From the sequence record SRR20825010_911: 41,396 bases of DNA. The stretch is one strand, 5' to 3'. Shown piece by piece: positions 15,719-27,095 of the stretch. The translations under genes were made by a program, and so were the position numbers. Position 1 is the stretch's first letter, and each line of letters begins with the position of its first letter. The notes beneath the pieces are model-generated. The model ran no database searches, was not told the DNA's origin, and saw only the letters and a program-made list of their open reading frames with translations.

Positions 15719-16927
15719 ATGAGCAATAAAAAAATACTGTGGATATGTTTGGCAATACTCATTGCCGGGATTGCTATTACCACCCTTATATTTTCTACGG
15801 AACCGGAAGCAAAGACCGAAGGGGCAAGCATAGAAACTGCTATGTTAGTGGATGTGATTACCGTAAAAGTAGGTTCCTATGAACCCACCATATCAGCAAC
15901 GGGCACAGTGCAACCGGTGGAGGATATTACCTTAAGTCCGTTGGTATCCGGACAGATAATAAATAGGGATCCAGCTTTTACGCCCGGGGGATTCGTAAAA
16001 AAGAATCAACCGCTACTCCAAATAGACCCCTCGGATTATAGGAACACCCTGGAACTTAGAAAGAGCGAACTACTACAGTCCAAGACTACCTTGGATACCG
16101 AAATGGGCAGACAGCAAATAGCGGAACAAGATTTAATGCTAATAACCAACGATTCCCTTTTTAAAGACAATCCGCTATCCGCAGATGAGAGACAACTAAT
16201 ATTACGGCAGCCCCAGCTAAATGCCGTTAAGGCTACCATTGTTGGTGCCAAGGCCTCTGTGGACCAAGCGCAATTAAACTTGGAAAGAACTACTATTCGT
16301 GCTCCTTTTGATGCGCATATTCTTAGCCAGAACGTCACAGCTGGTTCCCAAGTTGGTCCAGGGGATGACTTAGGTAGGCTCGTTGGCACAGAGTATTACT
16401 GGGTTACAGCAACCGTACCGGTTTCCAAACTACAATGGCTTCACTTTCCCGAAAATGATAAAGACAGGGGTTCCGAAGTACTTATCAAGAATTCTACGGC
16501 CTGGCCCGAAGAGCAGTATCGGGAAGGTTATCTGGACAAAGAAATTGGTGCCTTGGACGGGCAGACCCGCCTGGCTAGGGTGCTGGTAAAAGTGGCAGAT
16601 CCACTTGCTAAAAATACCGATTTAGAAGGGAAGCCCAAATTAATGATAGGCACCTTTGTTGAAGTGGATATTCAGGCCAATAAATTGGACAATGTAGTTC
16701 GCCTAAGCAGGGATTATATTAGAAGTAACGAAACGGTCTGGGTGATGAAAGAGGGCAAATTGGAAATTCGTGAGGTTGATATCGTTCTCACAGATAATGA
16801 CTACGCCTACATCCGTAAGGGATTAGAAGAGGGAGAACAGATTGTTATCACAGATTTAAGTACCGTAAGCAATGGTATTGGACTAAGAACAAGGTCTGAA
16901 GGCTCCGAAAAAGAACCGACACAATAA
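15719..16927 (+). CDS. RND efflux periplasmic adaptor (membrane fusion protein)
   Basis: N-terminal TM anchor, ATGTVQP, VSGQI, LLQIDPSDY, LERTTIRAPFDA. Confidence 0.92.
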   Translation: MSNKKILWICLAILIAGIAITTLIFSTEPEAKTEGASIETAMLVDVITVKVGSYEPTISATGTVQPVEDITLSPLVSGQIINRDPAFTPGGFVKKNQPLLQIDPSDYRNTLELRKSELLQSKTTLDTEMGRQQIAEQDLMLITNDSLFKDNPLSADERQLILRQPQLNAVKATIVGAKASVDQAQLNLERTTIRAPFDAHILSQNVTAGSQVGPGDDLGRLVGTEYYWVTATVPVSKLQWLHFPENDKDRGSEVLIKNSTAWPEEQYREGYLDKEIGALDGQTRLARVLVKVADPLAKNTDLEGKPKLMIGTFVEVDIQANKLDNVVRLSRDYIRSNETVWVMKEGKLEIREVDIVLTDNDYAYIRKGLEEGEQIVITDLSTVSNGIGLRTRSEGSEKEPTQ

Positions 16928-16934
16928 ATAGACC

Positions 16935-19900
16935 ATGGACAAAAAGGAAAAGAAAGAAAATAAAACTCCTAGGAAAGAAGGTGCTATTGCCTATATGGCC
17001 AAAAACTCCATTGCCACCAACCTACTTATGTTAGTGCTTCTCGGCGGTGGAATATTTACCATGTTCAAAATACAAAAGGAGGTATTTCCGGAATTTCAGT
17101 TAGATTTTGTTGAAGTTTCAGTGGCCTATCCAGGTGCCTCCCCGGCAGAGGTAGAACAAGGTATTCTGCAACCCGTAGAGGAAGCCGTTAGGGCAGTTCA
17201 GGGAATCAAGGAAATTGCTTCCGAAGCCAATGAAGGCTCGGGACAGATTCTTATAGAACTTGTTGCGGGATCGGAACGCATGAAAGCCTTCCAAGATATT
17301 GATCAGGCCATCAATCGCATACGTACCTTTCCCGATGATATTGAACAGCCCATTGTAAGTCTACAATCCCGTCAACGGGATGTACTTCAAATTGGATTAT
17401 ATGGCAAGGCAGATATATGGACCTTGCGCCAATTGGCCGAACGCCTGCGCAATATCCTTCTCAGCAATCCCAAGATTACACAAGTGGAACTTGGAAATGT
17501 TCCCGATTATGAAACCAGGATCGAGATACCCCGCCACAACCTACAAAAATACAACCTGACCCTTGGACAGGTAGCGGACATAATTCAACAAAGCAGTAAT
17601 GACGTACCTGCCGGGGCTGTACAGACTCAAAGCGGAGAAATATTGCTTCGAATGCAGGAGCGGAAACAATGGGCCAAGGAATTTGGAAATATTACTGTGA
17701 TTTCCTCTGACTCTGGCGCCAAAGTAACCTTGGATGATATTGCCACCATAACCGATGGTTTTGAGGAAACCGGATTTCACGGACAATTCAATCAAGAAAA
17801 CTATGTAGAACTTCGCATTTTCCGAATTGGGAACCAGTCTCCTCTAGAGATTGCCGATGCCGTTGAGGGCATCATGGAAGATTTCCAACTGCCGCCTGGA
17901 ATCAAATATCGTACGGATAGCAATCGCGCTGCAGATTATAGGGAACGGCTATCACTACTGACAGAAAATGGAATTCTCGCCATTATCATTGTGCTGATTA
18001 TACTGACCCTATTTTTGGAGTATCGCCTAGCCTTCTGGGTAATGATGGGCATGACCGTTTCCTTTGTGGGCGGAATGATATTCCTACCACTCATCGGTAT
18101 CAGCGTAAATATGATTTCCATGTTCGGATTTTTGGTAGTGCTTGGTATTGTAGTAGATGATGCCATTGTGGTGGGTGAAAATGTCTATGAATACCGTCAG
18201 AAGGGATTTAGCCCCATTAAGGCCGCCATTGCGGGGACCAAAGATGTTTCCTTGCCGGTGGTCTTTAGCATTGTAACAACCATTATAGCTTTTGTACCCC
18301 TCTTGTTTATGCCCGGTGAAACTGGAAAATTCTGGCAGCCCTTACCTGCGGTTGTGATCGTTATTTTAGGCGTTTCACTACTTGAAGCACTATTTATTTT
18401 ACCATCCCATTTGGCTCATCTAAATAAGGAAACAAATAAGAACAAATGGGTTAAAAAGCTGGAAGGCTGGCAGCGCACTTTTGCCAATGCATTTGACCGT
18501 TTTATAGAAAATAAATATCGCCCGCTATTGGACAAATGTTTACAATACAGATATATTACCCTAACTGCTGCCGTTGCACTATTGCTTATTGTGGGAGGCT
18601 ATGGCTATAGTGGGCATATGGGACTGATTATGATGCCAGAAGTTGCGGCCGATGAAATAGAAGCTGGGGTTCGCTTACCGGTGGGCACAACCCCGGATCA
18701 GGCGGCCAAAGTAGCACATGCTATCTCCAACTCCACCCAACGCATGTTCGAGGAACACAATCTTTATGAAGTAGCGGAAGGAATAAAGACCAATGTTCGT
18801 GGGCAGAATTTTATAGACGTTGAAATCGTGATGTTGCCACCAGACCAACGCGATATTACAGCTGCCGAGATCATTGCCCTATGGCGCGATAATATTGGAG
18901 ACATTGAAGGGGTAGACCAAATTACCTTTGAGGCGGAAAGAGGCCCTGGTGGCGCAAGGCAGGCCATAAGCATAGACCTCAGCCATTCGGATATAAATGT
19001 GTTGGAAAAAGCTAGTGGTGCTTTTGTGGAAAGGATGAAAGCTTTTTCCAATACGCGTGATGTCACGGACAACTACAATAAGGGAAAAATGCAGTTCGAC
19101 TTTAAGCTATTGCCACAAGGCAGAAGCCTTGGACTCACTTCGGACGAGGTAGGGCGCCAGGTGCGCGATGGTTTCTTTGGAGCTTTGGCAATGAGACAGC
19201 TGCGGGGAATGAACGAAATTGAAGTACGGGTAAAACTACCGATTGATGAGCGTAAGGATATTCAAAACTTGGAAAATTTCTTGATCCGTACTCCAGGGGG
19301 GATAGAAGTTCCGTTGATGGATGTAGTGGAAGTGGAGCAAAGGGAAGCCTTTAGCAGTATCAATCGCAGGGACGGACGCAGAATAGTGAATGTTGGTATG
19401 GACGTTGAACCCGCCAATGCAGTTACCAGGGTCATCAATATGGTGCAGGAAGAAACACTACCACAATTACGTGCCGATTTTCCTGGAATCACTTGGAGCT
19501 TTGAAGGTAGTCAGGCAGATATGAGGGAAAGCACCAACACCCTTAGGGCAGGCTTCGCCATTGCCATGGGCTTAATATATGTATTGCTGGCCATAGCCTT
19601 TCACAGTTATGCGCAACCCTTAATTGTAATGACCGCCATTCCATTTGGTATAGTAGGTGCCGTTATAGGCCACATCTTACTTGGCTATGACCTCTCATTG
19701 GTAAGTTTAATGGGCGTTATAGCATTATCGGGAGTGGTAGTCAATGATTCTTTGATCATGATAGACTATGCCAACAAACGGCGGAAGGAAGGCAACCCCA
19801 TATACACTTCCATACACGAAGCAGGCCTTAGAAGATTTAGGCCCATTATGCTAACAACCATGACCACCTTTGGAGGTTTGGCCCCTATAATCCTTGAAAC

Positions 19901-20108
19901 TTCGAGTCAGGCCTATTATTTAATCCCTATGGCAATTTCTTTGGGATTCGGTATCGTATTTGCCACTGCCATCATTTTGGTCATTGTGCCCTGCTTATAT
20001 TTAACACTAGAGGATATACGGCTGATGATGGAAAAAGGTAGAACGGTAAGGCAAATGGATGTATCCAAAACCAAAGCCCCAGAAAACAGTGTACTAGTGG
20101 ATAAATAA
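16935..20108 (+). CDS. RND efflux permease (AcrB/AcrD/AcrF family)
   Basis: 1057 aa with multiple TM segments; [39 protein letters not shown]. Confidence 0.95.
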   Translation: MDKKEKKENKTPRKEGAIAYMAKNSIATNLLMLVLLGGGIFTMFKIQKEVFPEFQLDFVEVSVAYPGASPAEVEQGILQPVEEAVRAVQGIKEIASEANEGSGQILIELVAGSERMKAFQDIDQAINRIRTFPDDIEQPIVSLQSRQRDVLQIGLYGKADIWTLRQLAERLRNILLSNPKITQVELGNVPDYETRIEIPRHNLQKYNLTLGQVADIIQQSSNDVPAGAVQTQSGEILLRMQERKQWAKEFGNITVISSDSGAKVTLDDIATITDGFEETGFHGQFNQENYVELRIFRIGNQSPLEIADAVEGIMEDFQLPPGIKYRTDSNRAADYRERLSLLTENGILAIIIVLIILTLFLEYRLAFWVMMGMTVSFVGGMIFLPLIGISVNMISMFGFLVVLGIVVDDAIVVGENVYEYRQKGFSPIKAAIAGTKDVSLPVVFSIVTTIIAFVPLLFMPGETGKFWQPLPAVVIVILGVSLLEALFILPSHLAHLNKETNKNKWVKKLEGWQRTFANAFDRFIENKYRPLLDKCLQYRYITLTAAVALLLIVGGYGYSGHMGLIMMPEVAADEIEAGVRLPVGTTPDQAAKVAHAISNSTQRMFEEHNLYEVAEGIKTNVRGQNFIDVEIVMLPPDQRDITAAEIIALWRDNIGDIEGVDQITFEAERGPGGARQAISIDLSHSDINVLEKASGAFVERMKAFSNTRDVTDNYNKGKMQFDFKLLPQGRSLGLTSDEVGRQVRDGFFGALAMRQLRGMNEIEVRVKLPIDERKDIQNLENFLIRTPGGIEVPLMDVVEVEQREAFSSINRRDGRRIVNVGMDVEPANAVTRVINMVQEETLPQLRADFPGITWSFEGSQADMRESTNTLRAGFAIAMGLIYVLLAIAFHSYAQPLIVMTAIPFGIVGAVIGHILLGYDLSLVSLMGVIALSGVVVNDSLIMIDYANKRRKEGNPIYTSIHEAGLRRFRPIMLTTMTTFGGLAPIILETSSQAYYLIPMAISLGFGIVFATAIILVIVPCLYLTLEDIRLMMEKGRTVRQMDVSKTKAPENSVLVDK

Positions 20109-20316
20109 AATATCCTCAATTCATTCCTGAACGCATAAAAATATAAATGAAATAAAAGTTTTATCTACTCCCTTAAAGACATGTATTTCCAACAAAGGTT
20201 AGACACACGATCATTAACTATATAGTTGTATCAAGCAGGAGCTTTATATTCTTGCAAAAAAAACAAAGCAATTAACTAAATTGCGCTATTCCACAAAATA
20301 AACAGGGTGAATGATT

Positions 20317-20739
20317 TTAGAGTGAAGTGTTATGCAGCCCCTCTGTCTCTATAGTCTTGAACAGATCGGAAAGAATGGAATCCGACAATGGTTTTACTAT
20401 AAAGTCTTTTACTATATCATAGGTTTTGGCCCTTTCAATGTCCTGATTATCTATTGAAGAGCTCACTATATACACTCTTGGCTTGTTCTCAATGGGCAAT
20501 TTTACAAACTCATCCAAAAATTCCCATCCATCCATAATGGGCATATTGAGATCCAAAAAGATAACATCGGGTAGTTTTTCACCTGATCTAACCATTGAAG
20601 TAAGATTTTCCAAAGCTTCTTTTCCATCCTCATGTACAATAACAGAGGAACCAAAACTGCTGTTGTAGTTTAATAAAATTTTGGTTCCATAAACAAAAAT
20701 GGGATCATCATCTATAATACATACTGTCTCTATCTTCAT
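20317..20739 (-). CDS. Single-domain response regulator (CheY-like receiver)
   Basis: IIDDD, FLDLNMPIMDGWEFL, VSSS, IVKPL; no output domain. Confidence 0.92.
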   Translation of the reverse strand: MKIETVCIIDDDPIFVYGTKILLNYNSSFGSSVIVHEDGKEALENLTSMVRSGEKLPDVIFLDLNMPIMDGWEFLDEFVKLPIENKPRVYIVSSSIDNQDIERAKTYDIVKDFIVKPLSDSILSDLFKTIETEGLHNTSL

Positions 20740-20919
20740 AACCTTAAAAAGTGTAAAAAGGGATATTCAAACCAATTGTGCATAGTAATTTCCGAATAAT
20801 TACAGGGGGTTATTATTAAGCTATAATAATTCAGAAATAGCGCCAAGGATTTGACGTTCCTTATTTTGGGTAAGTTTATTTTTTATAATGTAATATTTTT
20901 CCTATAAATTGAGTTTGTG

Positions 20920-21000
20920 CAAATGTAGGGAAAAAATAGAAACCAAAATAGTGTATTTTAGTGCAAACACCTGCATTTCAACGGATAAAGCTGCATTTTA
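20920..21000 (-). promoter_or_regulatory. Promoter with three upstream direct repeats
   Basis: Minus-strand TACATTTG (-7, 20920-20927); plus-strand repeats GTGTATTTTA, CTGCATTTCA and CTGCATTTTA at 20951, 20971 and 20991. Confidence 0.45.
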
Positions 21001-21171
21001 TATAATAGTTCACACGATTTGCCTGCGGGAGGTATTTAATAATTGGCATAGGACTCCTACGTAGGTTGTTTAAGTACAATCACCCGCATGGCCAGAAGAG
21101 TTGCAAAAAATCAGATTTGCCACAACACCAATCGCTCTTGCTCCTACATTATTTTTATGGATCCAATAACC

Positions 21172-23487
21172 CTAAGCCCTATTCAATATATAGCTTTTAA
21201 CTTTTTTACCATCCTTTAATTCGTTCAATATCCAGGTATCCTTATTTTCGCCATCGAGCAATCTCCAATTCTTTTCAGGTTTTGTTAAAAGTTTTTTTAT
21301 ATCTCTAGGAAAGGCATTGGCTGCCCTTGCATTTTCCCAAGTTCTGATCACTTTAAATATGGCCTCCTTTTGCGGACAGCTTTCCACATCTTTCTGATTT
21401 AAATAAAGGCTATAGGTAGTACCAAGACCAACCGAAATTGCCTGTATATGTTCATATTGCTCCACCGTGGAATTGGCATTGATAGGAAAATTTCCACCCA
21501 TTCCCACGGGAAAATAATTGGCAAATGTTACATCCCTAAGATCCTTCCCCTGGCTAGTAGTGCTTCCCCATTCCCTAGTTTCCACATCATATAAATTCTT
21601 TCCCCCTCCTACGTTCCAAATACTTTGATAATGCCAAGAACCTTCGGATAAGGTTGCACCCGTAAATCGGATAGAAGGAATTCCATGCATAGCGGCCTTG
21701 TCGAACATTTTTCTAAAAAAGCGTTTGGCCGAATAATATCCGTGTCCATTATTAAACAAAAACTCCTGCCCGTCAAAATCGTAATAGCCCAGGCCATTAA
21801 TAAAACTTACATCGGCATAGTACTCCGCAATTTTATCCTGAAGCTGCATATTGGGTATCAATCCGTCATACCCATAATTAATTGTAACCTGCAATTTACA
21901 TATAGTATCATTGGTGCTGTGTTCGGTAGGCGTGGTTCCCCAATATCCCCGTTCTACATTTAACAGGCGATAGTGCTCCTCTTCCGAGATTCCTAGATAA
22001 TGGATAAGCTCCTTTCCTATTTTTACCATATTCAAGTTCTCCGCATGACCCTCCCAACTGGCAATCTCATCCAAATACTTGGGGTCATCCACAATTATTA
22101 GGGTATCCATTGTGCTAATATTATTTACCAACAAGCGTTTTTGTTGGCAACAAAGACTATCACTGGGAATTGGACTCGCATCCTTGGTACCAGGCGCCAA
22201 AGAAGTGGTTATAGGGGTCCTCCCAATGGTAAGGCCGTATTTTGCAGCCATATTGGCAAACTCCTTATGCGACAAATTACCAGAAGTCAGCTTCAATGGT
22301 TTCTTTTCGAAATCCTTTCCATCTATATATCCCTCGTTAGCTCGATCCGGACGCAAAAAGCTCTGATCGTACAAACTGATCGCTTTAAAGCCCAATCTGG
22401 AGGTATAGGATACAATACTATCGTAAAGGCCTCCACTGGTAATAGCGTCCGGAACATATGCGGTAGGGTCTTTCACCCATTTTCCGTCTATCTTGGGATA
22501 TGGAAGTCCTTCCGACAAAACAATATCCTGAATCACATCCATCAAGGCAGTGCTATCCGGACTACCCCATAGAGCTACCGAAGACCCAATATAATCAATA
22601 CCGGGCACAGGTTCAACTTGCAAATGGTTGGGTGTATTTGCCTGCATATTGGGTATCAGGGAAAAATAAACCTCTCTTTTTTTTGTTCTGTCCCTGGAAT
22701 TATAAGTGATAGAGATCCTTCCCTTATTATCAATTTCAGCAGCATTGCCGTACAAAATCCTATAATAAGGTTCCTTGTGGGCATAAAAGGCTACATCGCT
22801 GATTCCATTGCCCCCCAAGGTAAAAATTTGCCCCTCATATAGGTCTTCCGGCAATGGAAATTGAATAGTATCAGGGGAATGGATAACATATTGAAAAGGT
22901 GCGGCGTCTCCTATGGTCCTGGACGTTCCGCCCAAGGTATTATCGTCCAGGGCCAGCATCCCTAGGGCATAATTGACGGTTTCACTGGTATCACGGGCCA
23001 CTCCAATAATTTCCCCAAAAAGATTGGTAATATTGGTATGGATAGAACCCCATTGCACGCCTTCAATATCTTCCTGGTTGGTCAAGGAAACAAGGGTAAA
23101 TTTCAGATACTTGTCCTTCGGCTCAACCCTGATTTCAGCTCTGGAATTATTGGGATAGTCAAGCCTTATAGTATTATTTGGCAAATTAAATTCGGCACTC
23201 AGCGGCCGGTACAAGGTGTCTAGCTTGCTATTGTACAAAGTCAAAAGTGGAGAAGGCTTGTTCGTTGGACTCAGCTCCCTTGCTTGCACCTTTGTAAGGT
23301 CCTCTATGCTATAAATAAGTCCCTGCTCATTAATACTTATTTTCAAATAATTTGTAGTAAAACTGCTTTTTGAATTCTGGGAACAGCCAAGTACTAAAGT
23401 TAGTAATAGAAAGAGAAAAAATCCACGTCCATTTTTCTTTAAACAATGACCGATATTAAAAATTGTATCTATCAAATTGAAAACCAT
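21172..23487 (-). CDS. Hypothetical lipoprotein, possibly glycoside hydrolase-like
   Basis: Lipobox LVLGC; GYYDFDGQE and aromatic-rich barrel-like C-terminal half; function not established. Confidence 0.7.
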   Translation of the reverse strand: MVFNLIDTIFNIGHCLKKNGRGFFLFLLLTLVLGCSQNSKSSFTTNYLKISINEQGLIYSIEDLTKVQARELSPTNKPSPLLTLYNSKLDTLYRPLSAEFNLPNNTIRLDYPNNSRAEIRVEPKDKYLKFTLVSLTNQEDIEGVQWGSIHTNITNLFGEIIGVARDTSETVNYALGMLALDDNTLGGTSRTIGDAAPFQYVIHSPDTIQFPLPEDLYEGQIFTLGGNGISDVAFYAHKEPYYRILYGNAAEIDNKGRISITYNSRDRTKKREVYFSLIPNMQANTPNHLQVEPVPGIDYIGSSVALWGSPDSTALMDVIQDIVLSEGLPYPKIDGKWVKDPTAYVPDAITSGGLYDSIVSYTSRLGFKAISLYDQSFLRPDRANEGYIDGKDFEKKPLKLTSGNLSHKEFANMAAKYGLTIGRTPITTSLAPGTKDASPIPSDSLCCQQKRLLVNNISTMDTLIIVDDPKYLDEIASWEGHAENLNMVKIGKELIHYLGISEEEHYRLLNVERGYWGTTPTEHSTNDTICKLQVTINYGYDGLIPNMQLQDKIAEYYADVSFINGLGYYDFDGQEFLFNNGHGYYSAKRFFRKMFDKAAMHGIPSIRFTGATLSEGSWHYQSIWNVGGGKNLYDVETREWGSTTSQGKDLRDVTFANYFPVGMGGNFPINANSTVEQYEHIQAISVGLGTTYSLYLNQKDVESCPQKEAIFKVIRTWENARAANAFPRDIKKLLTKPEKNWRLLDGENKDTWILNELKDGKKVKSYILNRA

Positions 23488-23550
23488 TTATGATTTAAAA
23501 GATTACCTATTACCATTGCTAAAAACAAATCCTTGATAGTAGCAACATCT

Positions 23551-25971
23551 TTATTCAATATTTGTTTTGGAAATATCGATGTCGATAGCAAGACTGTCCT
23601 TTGCAATAGAATCCAGGGGCATCTCACCTGGAAATATTCCCTGAACGCTGTCAATTTCTATGGGTTTATCTTGTAGAATGGCAAGGGTATCCTTAATTCG
23701 CAATTCCTGTAAATAGGTAGAATCGGTTTGAGCAAACTCATAAGCCTCGGCTGCATTGGATTCCACAAAAGGCCTGCAGGGAAAATAATCAAAATCGTAC
23801 TCAAAATTAGTGAGCAAAGGTCTTTTCCAATAACTCAAATTCTTTAATATAGAGGCTACAATTGGCAGGGCAGTATTGGCACCAGACCCCATACTGGTAG
23901 ACGCAAATTGCACCCGTTTGTCAAAGGTGCCCACCCAAGAACCGACAACCAGCTCTGGTGAACAAGCAATAAACCAGCCATCGCCATTATTCTGGGTAGT
24001 TCCGGTCTTTCCAATAATATTAAAAGGAATCTCATAACCCAACAAACGCGACCCAGTGCCTTCCCTAATAACACCTTCCATCATTTTCTGCAAGGCCTTA
24101 ATATTTTCGGTGCTCGCCACCCTTCCTTCGTACCTCGGTTTTGCTTCAAACAAAACATTGCCCTGTTCATCTTCTATACGATCAATAGCATAAGGTTTTA
24201 CATTGTTTCCACCATTGGAAATACTGGCATATGCTGTTACCATTTCCAACAAACTGATATCGGCCGTACCCAATACGATGGATGGGACATTCGGAAGTTC
24301 CGATCCTATACCCATTTTCTTTGCCTGGTCCAAGACCCTCTCCGTTCCCGTTCTTAGTTGCAGGGTTACCGAAACCGTATTAATGGAATTTGCCAATGCA
24401 CCATGCATAGAATAACTGCCACCGTACTTATTATTGGAATTTCGGGGTCTCCAATCCTCGTATTTGGAATATGTGATTAGATTATTGTCATAATAGTTAC
24501 AAGGGTCCTCCCCTGCCTGCAAAGCAGCCAAATAGGTAATAGGCTTAAAAGTAGATCCGACCTGTCTAGGCGTAACAACATTATCTATTTGGCTAAATCC
24601 GTAATCGATACCACCTACATAGCCCATTATCCGCCCAGAAGCACTGCTAACAGCTATAACCCCAGCATGTAATCTATTGATACTTTTTGCGATAGAATCT
24701 TCCAAAGATTGCATTTGCTCTTCAAATCCCTTGCCGATTACCCAGTATTTTCTCTTCCGCTTTTCCTTGACAAAGGCTGCTATTTCCGCCTCGGTCCTAC
24801 CACTTTGTCGCATTTGCTGTACCTCCCTATTTTGATCCACCAACTTTTGAAGAAGCACTTCCCTACCTCCCTCGGTGGTTGCTGCCGCCCAATAGGTATC
24901 CATAAGTTTCTGAAGATTGTCCGCCTGTCTATGCAGGGCAGCTTCGGCATATTTCTGTATGTTGGTATTTAAGGTGGTATAAATGTTTAACCCGTCCGCC
25001 TCCAAATCGTAGATATGACCATCCGGCGCAGGGTTGTCCTCAGCCCACAAAGCAAACTCCGTTGCTACATAATCCTTGAAGTATGCAGAAAAAGAAGACA
25101 CTTTCTTTGGTGTTTGATAATTCAATTTTAAGGGAGTCTGGGCCTCTTCAAAAGTTTCAGGGGTGATATAATCGTATTTAAGCATTTGCGACAGAACCAC
25201 ATTCCGTCTCTGTTCGGCCCGTTCCGGAAAATTTCTTGGATTATAATAGGACGGGGCCTTTAGTAGGCCAACCAAGGTAGCGCTTTCGGGCAAGGTTAAT
25301 TCCTCTGGCGCCTTATTAAAGAAACGAAATGCCGCCTTTTCAATACCGTAGATATTTTCGCCAAAGGAAACTGTGTTGAAGTACAGCAATATAATATCCT
25401 CCTTATCGTAAATACTTTCCAGTCTTCTGGCAATGAATATCTCCCTAATTTTATTGATTGGTGTAGAAAGAAAGAACTGTTGCTCCCTCCCGAACAAATT
25501 TTTGGCCACCTGTTGGGTAATGGTACTACCTCCTCCTGCATTTTGTTGCAAAATGATGGATTTTATCAATACCCGTGCATAACTTTTGTAGTCTATCCCC
25601 CTATGCTCATAGAACCTTGAATCCTCCGTGGCTACTAGTGCCTGTATTAAAGGGGGTTTTATTTGCGAACTATCGGCATTTGATCTGTTTTGAAGATAAT
25701 AATACCCTATTGGCTCCTTATTGGAGGCATAGATCGTAGAGGTAACAGGGTTTTTTAGGCTTTTTAAATAAGCTTTGGTCGGTAATTTCCCAAAAGCACC
25801 TAGGTAAATAACCAGGAAAAATAAAAACAGACTACAAAATCCGGCAATAGCTGCAAATAGCAATGATTTAAAGGGATGTTGCCTAACATAGAACATTAAT
25901 CTACGGAACCTTGACCAGGTTTGCGCCAAAACATTTCTTATGCCTTTAATTATCATAATACCTTTTAACAA
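23551..25971 (-). CDS. Class A penicillin-binding protein (transglycosylase/transpeptidase, PBP1A-like)
   Basis: ATEDSRFYEH and GGSTITQQVAKNL (transglycosylase); GSTFK (SxxK), SIN (SxN) and KTG; start may be a later Met. Confidence 0.95.
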   Translation of the reverse strand: MLKGIMIIKGIRNVLAQTWSRFRRLMFYVRQHPFKSLLFAAIAGFCSLFLFFLVIYLGAFGKLPTKAYLKSLKNPVTSTIYASNKEPIGYYYLQNRSNADSSQIKPPLIQALVATEDSRFYEHRGIDYKSYARVLIKSIILQQNAGGGSTITQQVAKNLFGREQQFFLSTPINKIREIFIARRLESIYDKEDIILLYFNTVSFGENIYGIEKAAFRFFNKAPEELTLPESATLVGLLKAPSYYNPRNFPERAEQRRNVVLSQMLKYDYITPETFEEAQTPLKLNYQTPKKVSSFSAYFKDYVATEFALWAEDNPAPDGHIYDLEADGLNIYTTLNTNIQKYAEAALHRQADNLQKLMDTYWAAATTEGGREVLLQKLVDQNREVQQMRQSGRTEAEIAAFVKEKRKRKYWVIGKGFEEQMQSLEDSIAKSINRLHAGVIAVSSASGRIMGYVGGIDYGFSQIDNVVTPRQVGSTFKPITYLAALQAGEDPCNYYDNNLITYSKYEDWRPRNSNNKYGGSYSMHGALANSINTVSVTLQLRTGTERVLDQAKKMGIGSELPNVPSIVLGTADISLLEMVTAYASISNGGNNVKPYAIDRIEDEQGNVLFEAKPRYEGRVASTENIKALQKMMEGVIREGTGSRLLGYEIPFNIIGKTGTTQNNGDGWFIACSPELVVGSWVGTFDKRVQFASTSMGSGANTALPIVASILKNLSYWKRPLLTNFEYDFDYFPCRPFVESNAAEAYEFAQTDSTYLQELRIKDTLAILQDKPIEIDSVQGIFPGEMPLDSIAKDSLAIDIDISKTNIE

Positions 25972-26352
25972 ATTTCCGCAATTTAAATGCGATTACAAAT
26001 AAAAATAATCCAATATTCATTATCAGCTCTCTTTTTTACCTTAAATAAATTACAGTGTGATTGCAGAAAATATTTGTAACGAAAACCGAAAGTTCTAAAG
26101 TCATTATGTAATACAGAAGATTATAAATTGGATAGGGAACGGTTACAAATATTTATCAATGGACTTGGACCTTGCTGCAAAAACAGATTGTATTGACTTA
26201 TATCAGAAATAAACATAATTACACCGAATATATCCACATTAACTTTTATAATTTACAGTTGTTCTTTATCTTGCTGACTAATTGCTTTTTAGAGGTCCCA
26301 AATTCGTTTTAAAAGAATTATAATTTTAAGATAAATTGTAACATTTGCGCTT

Positions 26353-26360
26353 TATCTTTG
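26353..26360 (+). promoter_or_regulatory. Bacteroidota -7 promoter element upstream of apaG
   Basis: TATCTTTG matches TAnnTTTG. Confidence 0.45.
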
Positions 26361-26508
26361 TAAAACAATGTGGATTTCCTTTGAGCAAGGTAGATTGATA
26401 ACCGCATTAAATACATATCTAAAAAATACTGTATTTTTTGTTTTGATGGCATTATAGATTTTAATGCTTACAACCGGAAGTTTATTTACATATTTAGAAT
26501 CCGATCTT

Positions 26509-26895
26509 ATGATAACACAGGTAACAAAAGGCATTAAAATTTCGGTAAACACCAGTTTTGAAGGAACTTTCTTCAAGAACTACAAAATGCATTTTGCTTT
26601 CGGCTATACCATAACCATAGAAAACCAAAGCAAGGATTCGGTACAATTGACATCACGTCATTGGCAGATTTATGATTCCTTGAATGAATTGGAAGTATTG
26701 GACGGCGAAGGGGTAATTGGCAAAAAGCCGGTTATCAAACCCGGTGAATCCCATACCTACAGTTCCGGATGCCTTTTGGCTTCCACTATTGGGGCCATGA
26801 AGGGCCATTACAATATGGTAGGTATAAATAATTCCGAGAAATTCAGGGTGTACATTCCCACATTTAAGTTTAGTGCCCCATTTGCACTAAATTAA
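26509..26895 (+). CDS. apaG: ApaG (Co2+/Mg2+ efflux-associated protein)
   Basis: YTITIENQ, QLTSRHWQI, GEGVIGKKP, YSSGC; ATG 26509 (MITQVTKGIKISV) preferred. Confidence 0.95.
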   Translation: MITQVTKGIKISVNTSFEGTFFKNYKMHFAFGYTITIENQSKDSVQLTSRHWQIYDSLNELEVLDGEGVIGKKPVIKPGESHTYSSGCLLASTIGAMKGHYNMVGINNSEKFRVYIPTFKFSAPFALN

Positions 26896-27095
26896 ATTTC
26901 AAACCCTTCTTTTTTTATTAATATTTCCATCATGCTTTTTTATGGAAAACGCTGTGCACTGTTTTAACAACAATTACGGTATTTCCTTTTATTGCCATTC
27001 TTTCCCCGAATCCTAAAATTCACCTAGCTCTTAGTTTTATTTTCGCTGACGCATTTAGTACCTTTACCGTGAATTTGAACTTAAAAAAGAATATC

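Noticed and set aside
14276-20108. RND operon as exporter for the metacaspase operon proteins
   Set aside because: AcrB-type RND pumps export small molecules rather than large proteins, and only adjacency links the two
21020-21070. REP-like palindromes (CCTACGTAGG, GCCTGCGGGAGGT)
   Set aside because: Too short and not repeated elsewhere in the window
26352-26576. 74-aa minus-strand ORF
   Set aside because: It is antisense to the apaG start and promoter and has no motifs
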